The notes beneath the pieces are model-generated. The model was not told the origin of the DNA, ran no database searches, and was given only the letters and a program-made list of their open reading frames with translations. This document shows positions 45,346 through 54,817 of a stretch of 55,743 nt of DNA, piece after piece. The DNA lies in IMG/VR virus record IMGVR_UViG_3300044711_000113, positions 1 to 55,743 of that record; one strand, given 5' to 3'. This DNA comes from a virus. Taxonomy: Duplodnaviria > Caudoviricetes. The position numbers were made by a program, and so were the translations under genes. Numbering within the stretch: position 1 is the stretch's first letter; every line of letters begins with the position of its first letter.

Positions 45346-46623
45346 ATGCCTACCCTCACCGAATTCACGCTCGCGCAGTTCGGCCTGACCGGCGCCGAGC
45401 TGAAACGCTTCAACGACCTGCACCACCGCGGGAAAGGCGGCAAGTTCGGCGACGGCGACGGCGGCCCGAGCGTGCATGCGGTCAAGGCGGCACCGGACAA
45501 GCCCGGACGGTCCCGGACACGCAAGGCCCGCGTGCCGGCCGAGGCGCCCGAGCCGGATGGGGTGCAGCAGGCGCGCGCACGGCAGGCCGACATCGACCGG
45601 GTACGCGCACGCGCTGACCTGATAGCCGAGGCGGCCCAGCTGATCGACTACCAGGCCACGCCCGAGGCGTTGGCGCATCGGCTCAACGCCGACGCCCGCC
45701 GTCACGGTGTGCAGGACGACCCGGCCGTGCGTAAGCTGCTCGCCGCCGCGGACGCCCACGACATGGCCGCGCTGGGCAAAGCAATGACGGCGCTCGGCAA
45801 AAAGTTGAAGGTTCAACAAACGGCGGGTGCGGGTGAAATCGCCCCGTTCGACGGCCACGCCATGCGCCACATCGGCGGCAACCCGCAACGCGGAACCCCC
45901 GTCCACGTCATCCGCCCCGGCTTCACCTACACCCGACCCGACGGCGAACAAATCCAGGTCATCAAGGCCGACGTCGAGCAGGCCGAACCGGAAGAAATCG
46001 ACGCGTTCCGCCGCGCCAGGCAGACCGCGATCAAAGGCGCCGAGCCGCTGCCGCCCGCGTCGCCGTCCATCCCTCGCGCGCGTCTGCGCGCGATGACCGA
46101 CGACCAACTCGCCGCCCGGTTCGCCGACATCTCACGCCAAGACCAGCTGGACGAGCCGGCGCTGCGCGAGGTCATCGGCGAAATGGACCGTCGTGAGAAG
46201 AAACCACGCCCACGCCGCCCGACCAAGGCGCAGCAGGATCTCGACGCCCAGCTCGAGCAGGGCCGCGACTACCGTTCGGCCGCCGCCGCAGTAATCGACC
46301 GCAAGCCCGGGGAAACCCTCGACGCTGCGGTGCGCCGCTACCACGACGAGTGGCTCGACCTGTCCTACCTGCAGGCCGAACAGAACACGTCCGGGCACAT
46401 GCTCTCCCCGGAAGGCAAAGCCGCCCGTATCGACCCGCGGAGCCTGTTCACAGGCCCGCTCACCCGCGCGCGTAAATACGCGTCCGAGGAGCTGCTGCGC
46501 TGGTGGGCCGACAACCCGCGCCTGAACCGGACCCAATTCCGGGCGCAGCTGCTCGCCCGCCCCTCCGATGTGAAAGCCGCAAAGGCAACAAAGGCCCGGT
46601 CGAGTGGGAGGGACTTCATATGA
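45346..46623 (+). CDS. Putative minor head/internal protein
   Basis: N-terminal 'FNDLHHRGKGGKF'; GrpE-like 'FD...H...VHVIRPGF' segment; C-terminal 'AE..TSGHML...IDPRSLF...KYASEEL..WW'. Confidence 0.6.
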   Translation: MPTLTEFTLAQFGLTGAELKRFNDLHHRGKGGKFGDGDGGPSVHAVKAAPDKPGRSRTRKARVPAEAPEPDGVQQARARQADIDRVRARADLIAEAAQLIDYQATPEALAHRLNADARRHGVQDDPAVRKLLAAADAHDMAALGKAMTALGKKLKVQQTAGAGEIAPFDGHAMRHIGGNPQRGTPVHVIRPGFTYTRPDGEQIQVIKADVEQAEPEEIDAFRRARQTAIKGAEPLPPASPSIPRARLRAMTDDQLAARFADISRQDQLDEPALREVIGEMDRREKKPRPRRPTKAQQDLDAQLEQGRDYRSAAAAVIDRKPGETLDAAVRRYHDEWLDLSYLQAEQNTSGHMLSPEGKAARIDPRSLFTGPLTRARKYASEELLRWWADNPRLNRTQFRAQLLARPSDVKAAKATKARSSGRDFI

Positions 46624-46805
46624 GCGAGACGCTCAAAGACGCCGCCTACACCGCCGGCAAACACGCCGCCGATTCCGGCCTGCCGCTGTCCGCATGCCCG
46701 TTCGACCCCGGCGACGGGCAACCCGAACAGGTGCTCGCCTTGTGGTGGACGCGTGGGTACCGGGCCGATAATGAGCCTGCCGATCAACCTGTGGAAGGGG
46801 CATGA
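46620..46805 (+). CDS. Rmf/CrpP-fold-like small protein (61 aa)
   Basis: ATGA coupling; 'AYTAGKHAADSG...CPF...WWTRGY'. Confidence 0.55.
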   Translation: MSETLKDAAYTAGKHAADSGLPLSACPFDPGDGQPEQVLALWWTRGYRADNEPADQPVEGA

Positions 46806-49800
46806 TGCGCGTTTTCGCCGTCGCCACCGCCGACACTGCAACCGTGCTGGACCTGATCGTCATCGACCCGGCCACGGGCGAGGTCGCGTTCGGTACCGGC
46901 GCGGCCGAAGACCTCTTCGACGAGCTCGCCCCGATCGATACCGAAGACCTCACCGTCGACCAGGTGCTCGAGCGGATCGACGGATGGTCAAACGACCTGC
47001 TCGACATCGCCGAGATCCCGTACGAGGAACCCGTCGGGCAGGTCGCATCGCTGGCAGGTTTGGCCAGGGCCGAATTCAACAAGAAACACCACCGCGGCAA
47101 GGGTGGCCTATTCGCCCACGCAGACGCGCCCGACACCCCGTCGGCCGCCGCGGTCAAGGCGAAAGCGGAAGGCGACTCGGGTGGTGTCGAGGAGGTCAAA
47201 CCGTCGCAGGCTGTCGCCATCCGCGGACACAAGGGCTATGTGCCTGGCGCGTTGCGCGGCGCGCTGCGTGAGGCGCCGCCGCCTGCGCCCGCCCCGGCCG
47301 TGGTGAACAAGGCTCGTGAGCGGCTGCGCAACGCCGAACGGATGCATGGTAGCGACCGGTCGAAGTGGTCGAAGAAAGATCAGGCCGCCGCCGGCAAGCT
47401 CGATGCGATCATCGCCGCCGACAAGGCCGCGCAGAACGCCCGGTCGGCGAAGCTGCATGAGCAGGTTGGCCACATGACCGAGGCCGTGAAGACAGCGCAA
47501 GGCCGGCTAAACCCTGACGCCGGCCTGAAGCCGACCAAGGCCACACCGCCCGGTGATCATGCGAGCCATCTCGAGGGGCTCGAGTCGCGCGAGGACGCCC
47601 AGAAGTATTTGGCTGGTGTCAAGGGCGCAAGTCTGGCGGCGCTCGCTAAGCACTACAGCGTGCCCAGCGATACGACCGCCGACCAGAAACGTACGATGAT
47701 CATGGATGCGTCTGTCGGTGCGAAACTCGATTCACGCGCGATCCGGGGCAACGCGACCCTCGAGTATGGTCCTCCTCCGGTGCCTAAGAAGCGCCCTAAG
47801 ACGGTCGATGCTGCGCTCGAGTCGGGCGAGCACGACGCGTTGAACGGGTTCTCTAAGCGGTCGCTGGTGGCCGCTGTGCGCCGCCGCAAGCTGGCCGTGG
47901 GCGACCCGAACAAGCTGACCGTGGACGAGCTGGCCGCGGTCCTGTCCGACTCGCACGTGCAAGGCCAGCCCGCCGCCGGCAACCTGCCCAATATCCGCGA
48001 GGTGCAGCGGCAGGCCCGCGATCTCGGCATCGACATGAGCGACCTGCGCACCAAGCAGGAGATCCTCGACCGGATCGAACATGTGAAGGCGAACCGGCCC
48101 AAGTCGCACACGTCGAAGATGAACGCGCACTCGCTCAGCGTCGGCGACCAGATCGAAGAGAACGGCGAGACGCTCCACATCCGCGGCACGAAACGCGACA
48201 TTGTGGGAGGTCAGCCGGTCATCGTGTTGGAGACGGTCGACAGCGATGGCCGCCGCAAGCGGCTGATCAAGAACCTGAATGAGCCTGTGCCCCGGGTGGT
48301 GGGTGGCCGCACGGGCGGCGCCGGCACGTTCACACTCGAGCCGCTCGAGGCCGACAGCGTGTTCGGCGAGACCGCCGCCGACGTGGTGGACCTCATCGCC
48401 GGCTGGGAATTCGCGCTTTCCGGCGCCGACCTGGAGGACTTCAAGAGCAAACACCCGCGCGGTGTGGGTGGCCGTTTCGGGCATTCCACGGCCCTGTTTA
48501 ACATGCTCAAGGCGAAAGCCGCCAAGGCCGGCAACCGCACTGGCGACGATGCGATCGACTTCGACGGCGCCGGCTCTGACATCCCCGACGGCCAGTACTA
48601 CAACCGGTCGTTCGACTGGTCGCAGCGCGATCGGGACGTCACCCGCCGCGGCAATCAGGAACACCTGCTCGACATCACCGGCCCGTCACAAGGCGAGGTG
48701 GAATACGACGAAAACGACGAGGTAGTCAGCGAGGATTGGGAGGAGAAAACCGCCCGCCTGCACCTGTCCGACGGCGACATGCGCAGCCTGGCCGCGTTCG
48801 TCGGAACCGAATTGTTGCGCCGTGAGCTGCAGACGCAGCCGTTCGAAGGCAACGACCCTCGCGCGCCCTACATGGTCGCGCTCATGGATCTGCAGCCGCG
48901 CACGTGGCACCCCGAAGACCCCGGCTACGACGAGCACTTTTCGATCTACCCGAAAGAGGGCAACGCCGGGTGGCACCTGTCCGCGCTCGGCGACGACGGC
49001 GACGAGGTCAACTTCGACATGACCAACGACGAGATGGACGCCCTATATGGGCAGTTCGCCTCGTACCTGCTCACCCCGCGCGGGATGGAAGCCGAGGCGC
49101 AGCAGACCGCCGCCGCCCTGTTCCAGGCCGACCTACTCGACTACGCCGAAGCGTTCGCACAGTGGGCGCTCACCGAATTCGACATCTCCACCATGCCCGA
49201 GCATTTGCAACGGTATTGGACCGAGGGTGAGGGCGCGGCGAAGGTGCGATGGGGTACCCGCGGGTCGTTCCGCCGCGCCCGCCGGCTCCTGCTGAAAGAG
49301 GGCGTCCCGCTGCGCATGGTGAACGGCACCGTGGCCAACCTTTACAAGCGGGCCACCGGCAAACACCCCGGCCCGCACGGGCGCCGCCGCAACCTGACTG
49401 GACCTGGAAGGATGGCCGCTATGGGGACTCGGATCATGCTGCCGATGCAGACCGCCTGCGCCATGTGCGGAAACGATCAGATGATGGTCGACCTCGGCGA
49501 CGACGAAACCACAGCAGCGCCGGACCTGGATGCGCCGTCGCCGTCGATGGGTTGGCGTGGCCCGCTCGCCCCGGTCGACGTCAAAACCGGCGACCGGCGC
49601 GAGTTCACCGCCGAGGCGTTGGCGACCCGCAGGCTTCCGCTGCCGTTCCGGTGGCAGGAAGAACAGAAGTCCGGTCACGACGGCGCGGTCGTCGTTGGTG
49701 CGCTCACCGGATATTCGGTGCTCTCCGACCCGTACACCATGCCGAACGGCACCGTACTGCCTCCCGGCACGATCATGGGCGAAGGGTATTTCCTGGACCC

Positions 49801-51262
49801 GGAGAAGATCCCGCAGGCCGAAAAGGCGATGTACCTCGTCGAGCACGGGCTGATCGGCCCGTCGGTCGACCTCGAGCCGGACATGGATGTCAGTTTCACC
49901 GACGAGGCAGGCAACACGTTCAACCCGCACACCTGCGCCATGGACGGCAGCTGCCCCACCAAACCCACCGCGTTGATCACCAATGCGACGGTTGCCGGCG
50001 CCACCCTCGTCCCGATCACCGCGTTCGCGGAAGCACGCGCCCCGCAGCTGTACACGCGCACCGCCCGCGACGACATGGCCGTCATGGGTTTGATGCGCCC
50101 GTCGTGCGGCTGCTCCGACCAGGTGGCCGCGGTCCGCGCGAACGGCTGGGACGATCTTCCGTTCGCCGACCGCGATGTCGAATGGGACAAGGGCGCCGCT
50201 GTGGGCCGGCTCGTCGAATGGGCCAGCGACGGCGACCAGCTGGACTTGGACAAGTACGGGCGCGCGTTCCTGTGGCACGACGACCCGGCCGACGCGCAAG
50301 GCGCGTTCAAACTGCCGATCGCCGACGTGATCGACGGCGAGCTCACCATCGTCCCCCGCGCTGTGTTCGCTGTGGCGGCCCGGCTCAACCAGACCGACAT
50401 CCCGGCCACAGCGAAACAGGACGTCCGCGACGTCCTCGACGACCTGTACGACCAGATGGCCGACGAGTTCGACGACGACAGCCTCCAGGCCCCCTGGGAC
50501 GCTTCGACGTCGAACGAAATGGCGCTCGCCTCCGACGGTTGCGGCTGCGCCGAAAAGTGGGCGCGCTCCCTCGCCGGGGACGGGTCGCAGACCGCGGCTG
50601 CCGTGTTCGCCGGCCTCGACCCGTACCCGGCCGACGCGTTCCGGGTGAAGGCCAAAGGCCTGACGCCGATGACGCTCGACGACCGGCCCGACGAGCCGTT
50701 CACCCGCGTCTACGGGCACATCGGATCGTGGTCGTCGTGTAACCGCGGCCACCGCGGCGTATGCGTCCCGCCGCCACGCTCGCGCAGCGGCTACAAGGAG
50801 TTTCACCTCGGCGAGCTGCGCACCACCGAGGGACCCATCAAAGCAGGCAAGATCGTCATGGGTGAGGGTCACGCCGACGTCAACGGCACCCCGCGCGTGG
50901 TGCGCGCCTTCTACGACGCCACGTCGAAAGAGTTCGCCTACGGCCGGGTCGTCGACGACGAGTTCGGGCCGTTCTTCTCCGGCGTGCTCGCCCCGGACGT
51001 GACCGCGGTCGACGCGACCCGGTTCATGATGTCGCCGCCGTCGGGGCACTGGACGAACTTCGAGCTGATGGCGATCCTCGCGGTGAACGTGCCCGGCCAC
51101 GTTGTCCCCCGCGCGCACATCATCGACGGGCAAATGGCCAACATGGTCGCCGCCGGGCAATGGTTCGACGAGCCGGCCGACGACCTGGGGCAGATCGCCG
51201 CCGAGCTGGACGCGCTCGCGTGGGCCGACGAATCGGCCGCCCTGGTCGGCGCATTCGAATAG
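46802..51262 (+). CDS. Capsid maturation protease-containing multidomain polyprotein (1486 aa)
   Basis: 'WRGPLAP...TGDRREF...LPLPFRWQ...GHDGAVVVG...GPSVDL...GATLVPITAF' protease-like domain; C-terminal 'RVYGHI..W..C...CVPPPRS..GY..FH'; position between portal/MuF and capsid. Confidence 0.7.
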   Translation: MMRVFAVATADTATVLDLIVIDPATGEVAFGTGAAEDLFDELAPIDTEDLTVDQVLERIDGWSNDLLDIAEIPYEEPVGQVASLAGLARAEFNKKHHRGKGGLFAHADAPDTPSAAAVKAKAEGDSGGVEEVKPSQAVAIRGHKGYVPGALRGALREAPPPAPAPAVVNKARERLRNAERMHGSDRSKWSKKDQAAAGKLDAIIAADKAAQNARSAKLHEQVGHMTEAVKTAQGRLNPDAGLKPTKATPPGDHASHLEGLESREDAQKYLAGVKGASLAALAKHYSVPSDTTADQKRTMIMDASVGAKLDSRAIRGNATLEYGPPPVPKKRPKTVDAALESGEHDALNGFSKRSLVAAVRRRKLAVGDPNKLTVDELAAVLSDSHVQGQPAAGNLPNIREVQRQARDLGIDMSDLRTKQEILDRIEHVKANRPKSHTSKMNAHSLSVGDQIEENGETLHIRGTKRDIVGGQPVIVLETVDSDGRRKRLIKNLNEPVPRVVGGRTGGAGTFTLEPLEADSVFGETAADVVDLIAGWEFALSGADLEDFKSKHPRGVGGRFGHSTALFNMLKAKAAKAGNRTGDDAIDFDGAGSDIPDGQYYNRSFDWSQRDRDVTRRGNQEHLLDITGPSQGEVEYDENDEVVSEDWEEKTARLHLSDGDMRSLAAFVGTELLRRELQTQPFEGNDPRAPYMVALMDLQPRTWHPEDPGYDEHFSIYPKEGNAGWHLSALGDDGDEVNFDMTNDEMDALYGQFASYLLTPRGMEAEAQQTAAALFQADLLDYAEAFAQWALTEFDISTMPEHLQRYWTEGEGAAKVRWGTRGSFRRARRLLLKEGVPLRMVNGTVANLYKRATGKHPGPHGRRRNLTGPGRMAAMGTRIMLPMQTACAMCGNDQMMVDLGDDETTAAPDLDAPSPSMGWRGPLAPVDVKTGDRREFTAEALATRRLPLPFRWQEEQKSGHDGAVVVGALTGYSVLSDPYTMPNGTVLPPGTIMGEGYFLDPEKIPQAEKAMYLVEHGLIGPSVDLEPDMDVSFTDEAGNTFNPHTCAMDGSCPTKPTALITNATVAGATLVPITAFAEARAPQLYTRTARDDMAVMGLMRPSCGCSDQVAAVRANGWDDLPFADRDVEWDKGAAVGRLVEWASDGDQLDLDKYGRAFLWHDDPADAQGAFKLPIADVIDGELTIVPRAVFAVAARLNQTDIPATAKQDVRDVLDDLYDQMADEFDDDSLQAPWDASTSNEMALASDGCGCAEKWARSLAGDGSQTAAAVFAGLDPYPADAFRVKAKGLTPMTLDDRPDEPFTRVYGHIGSWSSCNRGHRGVCVPPPRSRSGYKEFHLGELRTTEGPIKAGKIVMGEGHADVNGTPRVVRAFYDATSKEFAYGRVVDDEFGPFFSGVLAPDVTAVDATRFMMSPPSGHWTNFELMAILAVNVPGHVVPRAHIIDGQMANMVAAGQWFDEPADDLGQIAAELDALAWADESAALVGAFE

Positions 51263-51274
51263 AGGAGGTAACAG

Positions 51275-51445
51275 ATGGCATGTGGATGTGGTGGAGGTGA
51301 CGCCGCCGCGGCGGCAGCCCCCGCGACCGTGTATTCGGTGCAGCTGCTCAACGGCACCAAGATGGGCCGCTACCCGACGGCCGCGCACGCCGAGGTGGCT
51401 TTGCGGACCAGCTACAAAGGTCAGGGCAAGGTGGTACCCCGCTAG
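51275..51445 (+). CDS. Small 'MACGC' protein (56 aa; not in ORF track)
   Basis: RBS GAGGAGG; manually translated MACGCGGG...KVVPR*. Confidence 0.6.
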   Translation: MACGCGGGDAAAAAAPATVYSVQLLNGTKMGRYPTAAHAEVALRTSYKGQGKVVPR

Positions 51446-51517
51446 CCTGATAATGTGCTGCCCGGAAGTCTTGGTAGGGGTGTGTTCAGTCATAAGAAAC
51501 ACCTGCCGGGGCAATAG

Positions 51518-51552
51518 AAAAGCCCGAGGGACTGGAGACCCCTCGGGCTTTT
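51518..51552. terminator. Bidirectional intrinsic terminator
   Basis: AAAAGCCCGAGGG...CCCTCGGGCTTTT. Confidence 0.85.
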
Positions 51553-51554
51553 CG

Positions 51555-52136
51555 TCATGCCGGCTGCACTGCGGTGCGCCGGGTCAGCTTGCCGACATCC
51601 CACGAGTGCGCGGGTGCGACCGGCTGCATCGTCGACGCGTCCGGCTGCAGGGTTTTCGCCCACCGCGTCCACCGCGGATAGCGGCGCACGTAATCGCGCA
51701 CGCCCGCGGGCGTGAGCACGAGCCGGCCTTCCTTGACGGCCGTCGAAGCGACCGACCGATTCAGGTTGCACACCGCTGCAGCTGCCCACACCGGCACCAC
51801 CGAATGGGGGTAGCCGATGAGCCAGGCGACGTCTGCGCCCAGCGGTGTCATCCAAAACTGGGCCGGCGGGTGGAGCTCGCCGAACAGCACGTGACAGACC
51901 GCGTTGGCCTGCAGGATGGCGTGCCATTCGAACCCGGGGTTGACCGTGCGCAGGCGGCACGCCCGCAGCTCGTCGACGACCTCGTGCGCGCGCGTCATGA
52001 CGTCTCGCCGGGCGTCGGTGTACCCGTACCCGGTGAACGCCTCGATAGCGCCTAGCCGCATGTGGACCGCCTCGGCAAGCTGCTGAACTGTCGTGAGGTC
52101 GACAGATTCGCCGACCGGCAGGGTTGTATTGTCCAT
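51555..52136 (-). CDS. Putative DNA-binding regulator (C-terminal HTH-like), candidate operator-binding protein
   Basis: 'VPVWAAAAVCNLNRSVASTAVKEGRL'; leaderless start 6 nt after -10 TAGGGT; operator overlaps its start. Confidence 0.5.
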   Translation of the reverse strand: MDNTTLPVGESVDLTTVQQLAEAVHMRLGAIEAFTGYGYTDARRDVMTRAHEVVDELRACRLRTVNPGFEWHAILQANAVCHVLFGELHPPAQFWMTPLGADVAWLIGYPHSVVPVWAAAAVCNLNRSVASTAVKEGRLVLTPAGVRDYVRRYPRWTRWAKTLQPDASTMQPVAPAHSWDVGKLTRRTAVQPA

Positions 52137-52146
52137 GGACACACCC
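52122..52146. promoter_or_regulatory. Operator overlapping divergent -10 elements and a start codon
   Basis: GGTTGT-ATTGTCCATGGAC-ACACCC; TATTGT (+) and TAGGGT (-). Confidence 0.6.
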
Positions 52147-52188
52147 TAGCATGGAAAGCCAACCACCCGCGTTAGGAGATAGGGAGGC

Positions 52189-52566
52189 GTGATGTCGGAG
52201 AGCATTACCGACTGGATGTGGACCCGAGACACCGGATCGGGCCACGTAGCCCACAAAATCGTCGAAGGCACACCGGTACCGTTCTGGTCCGTGCCACTGC
52301 CCACAGGTGTCCGAGGTCTTCTGTTCCGCCTCCTGCACCGCTGCATCCCGCAGTCTAAAGGCGTGTTCGGCTGGGAGGTCACCGAGCGATGTCCATGCGG
52401 CGCGGTCCGTTTCGCGGACCTGCCGCCGACACAGCCCCGTGGCGGCATCCCCACCGTCGCCTACCAGGCAGGGCCGTGGCTGGACCGTAACAACCGGTTC
52501 ACCGGAGATGCGTGGGCCTACCAGGGCGGAATCCGCCTGATCGACAGCACAAAGGGAGGTGTGTGA
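52189..52566 (+). CDS. Hypothetical protein
   Basis: RBS GGGAGG; HRC...RCPCG. Confidence 0.55.
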   Translation: MMSESITDWMWTRDTGSGHVAHKIVEGTPVPFWSVPLPTGVRGLLFRLLHRCIPQSKGVFGWEVTERCPCGAVRFADLPPTQPRGGIPTVAYQAGPWLDRNNRFTGDAWAYQGGIRLIDSTKGGV

Positions 52567-52691
52567 TGAATGACGGACATTGGATCTTCCACGCGTCCGA
52601 CGTGATGGTGCCGCTCGTCGGCCTCGCCGGGCTGGCCCTCTCGCTCCTGTTCTCGTGGCTTGCCCCGTGGAGCACTCGCCGCAAGGTGTAG
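52566..52691 (+). CDS. Small membrane protein (41 aa; not in ORF track)
   Basis: TGATG coupling, RBS GGGAGG, hydrophobic core. Confidence 0.45.
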   Translation: MNDGHWIFHASDVMVPLVGLAGLALSLLFSWLAPWSTRRKV

Positions 52692-52723
52692 CGGAGTAGG
52701 CTCGGCCCGGTACACCTCTCCTC

Positions 52724-52764
52724 AAAAGAGCACCCCCGCCCGGGTAAGGCGGGGGTGCTTTTTT
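52724..52764. terminator. Intrinsic terminator
   Basis: GAGCACCCCCGCC...GGCGGGGGTGCTTTTTT. Confidence 0.85.
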
Positions 52765-53013
52765 GTGCCCCAAACACGCGGCGCTACTATGACGGGTATG
52801 CGCACGTCGTGATTTTCTTCCTTCCTGATAGACCGCTCCCGGACACCACGACCCCCGTGGCCGGGAGCGTTCTTTGTGTCTGGGGAAGGTGACGCTATCC
52901 TGACCGTGTCGATCACCGATGGTGATCCATGTGTCGCAGGCGCAGCGCTAAGGGCCGGCCGGACCGGAAACACCGCGAGATATTCCCGTCCGTGTTTAAG
53001 GAGCCCTGCCGCA

Positions 53014-54738
53014 ATGTTCGATTTCACCCGTTGGAAGGACGCCGCAGCGTTCGCTGCCGCGACCGACGAAGAGCTCACCGCCGTCAAAGTCGCAGCGGCG
53101 ACCGAAGCCCGCCCGCTGCTGGCACCCGACCGGATCAACACGCTGACCGAGGCCGAGCGTGCCACCGTCCGCGAGTTGCACACCTACGCCATGCAGGCCA
53201 AGACCGAGCTGGACGGCCGCATCGCCAAGCGCGCCGAGGACGCCGCCGAGCGTGAGAAGATCGTCGCCTCGTTCGCGGCGCTCGACGAGGAGCTCAAGCC
53301 AACCACGCCCGCAGCACCTGCCGCGCCGGCCGAGCCGGCACCTGCCGCGCCCGCACCGGTCGTCACGCCTGCCGCCGACCCGACGTTCGCGTTGCCGCGC
53401 GCCGCGGAGGCCACCGCACTCGTGCCCGCCGTCAACCCGGGCGGCGCCGTCGCCGCACCCGAGCGTGAGCTGTACGGCCGCGCCCGCTACATGATCAAGA
53501 ACCCGACGTCGGGTGACTTCGCGCCGCTCAAGCTCGACGAGTTCACCGGCATGAAGCAGCTCGCCGGGGCGTTCATCAAGCAACTGGACCGCTACCGCTC
53601 CGTCGGTCAGGGCCGGCTGCAGGACCCGCTGATCGAGTTCGTCCGCGACTACCCGACCGAGTTCCGCCTCACCACCGTCGAAGGCGCAGCCGACCAGGGT
53701 GTCGAGTTCGCCGCGCTCATGGGCGCGGTCGACAAGTACAAGGCGGAGAACGCCAACCAGACCGCCGCCGCGGCCTACTGTGCGCCCTCGCTGACGATCT
53801 ACGACCTGTGCGAGCTGGAAACGTCGACGGGCATCCTGCCGATCACCGAGATTCAGATCTCGCGCGGCGGCATCTTCTTCACCACCGGCCCCGACTTCGC
53901 GTCGATCTTCAACGGTTCCGGCTACTGGAACTACACCGAGGCCCAGGTCATCGCGAACACGGTCAAGCCGTGCATGGAGATCGACTGCCCGGCGTTCACC
54001 GAGAAGCGGCTGCGTAACCTCGGCGTGTGCATCACCGCCGGCATCCTGCAGCGGCGCGGCTACCCGGAGCTGATCGCCCGGTTCATCCGCGGCGCGATGA
54101 TCGCCCACCTGCACATGGTCAACGCCTTCGTCATCTCCGAGATGGCGGCAGGCTCGACCCTGGTCGACCTCGACCCGATCCCGGTCGGCTCGCTCGTCGG
54201 CGACGTCACCACGTCTGGTCTGCTCGCGGCGGCCGAGATGGTGGCAACCGACATGCGCTACCGCAACCGCATGGACCCGACCGCGACCCTCGAGGCCGTG
54301 TTCCCCGTGTGGGCGCTCGCGCAGATCCGCGCGGACCTGTCCCGCCGCACGGGCGTCGACCTGCTCTCGGTCACCGACCAGGCCATCGCCGGGTTCTTCT
54401 CCGACCGTCACCTGTCGCTGCGGCTCGTGTACGACTGGCAGGACGCCTACAGCGGTGTCGCTGGCGGCCCCGGTACGGCCGCTCCTGGTATCACCACGTT
54501 CCCCGCCGCGATCGAGTTCATGATCTACCCGGCCGGAACTTGGGCAAAGGGTGTGGATGAGACTATCCGCCTCGAAACGGTTTACGACAGCGCCAAGCTG
54601 TCCACCAACCAATACACCGCCCTGTTCACGGAGGAGGGGGTCCTCGTCGCGAAGACCTGCCCCGACTCCCGCCGTGTGGTCTACACCATGTGCCCGACCG
54701 GCGCGACGAGTGACCTGGTCACTCGGTCCTGCGCCTGA
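53014..54738 (+). CDS. Major capsid protein (hexamer type) with N-terminal scaffold-like domain
   Basis: ATG after AAGGAG; coiled-coil and Pro/Ala linker, then 'YCAPS...YDLC...RGGI', 'KPC..IDCP.F', 'YDWQ', 'YPAGTW', 'YDS..L..NQYTALFTEEG'. Confidence 0.85.
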   Translation: MFDFTRWKDAAAFAAATDEELTAVKVAAATEARPLLAPDRINTLTEAERATVRELHTYAMQAKTELDGRIAKRAEDAAEREKIVASFAALDEELKPTTPAAPAAPAEPAPAAPAPVVTPAADPTFALPRAAEATALVPAVNPGGAVAAPERELYGRARYMIKNPTSGDFAPLKLDEFTGMKQLAGAFIKQLDRYRSVGQGRLQDPLIEFVRDYPTEFRLTTVEGAADQGVEFAALMGAVDKYKAENANQTAAAAYCAPSLTIYDLCELETSTGILPITEIQISRGGIFFTTGPDFASIFNGSGYWNYTEAQVIANTVKPCMEIDCPAFTEKRLRNLGVCITAGILQRRGYPELIARFIRGAMIAHLHMVNAFVISEMAAGSTLVDLDPIPVGSLVGDVTTSGLLAAAEMVATDMRYRNRMDPTATLEAVFPVWALAQIRADLSRRTGVDLLSVTDQAIAGFFSDRHLSLRLVYDWQDAYSGVAGGPGTAAPGITTFPAAIEFMIYPAGTWAKGVDETIRLETVYDSAKLSTNQYTALFTEEGVLVAKTCPDSRRVVYTMCPTGATSDLVTRSCA

Positions 54739-54817
54739 TCACCTCTGACGCCAACTAACTAGCGCCCACGCCCGCCTGCAAAGCGGGCGTGGGCCACCGA
54801 AGCGAAGGAGGGATCAC

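Noticed and set aside
49133-51514. Long antisense ORFs (e.g. 49133-51514, 8610-10529, 52996-54612, 408-1937)
   Set aside because: Shadow frames of real high-GC genes; no recognisable motifs or RBS.
51924-51941. GGGTTCGAA T-loop-like string on the minus strand
   Set aside because: Inside a CDS, with no closing T-stem or acceptor stem.
52876-53013. Upstream extension of the major capsid ORF
   Set aside because: The ATG at 53014 has an AAGGAG RBS; the upstream part contains a promoter-like TATCCT and is probably leader.
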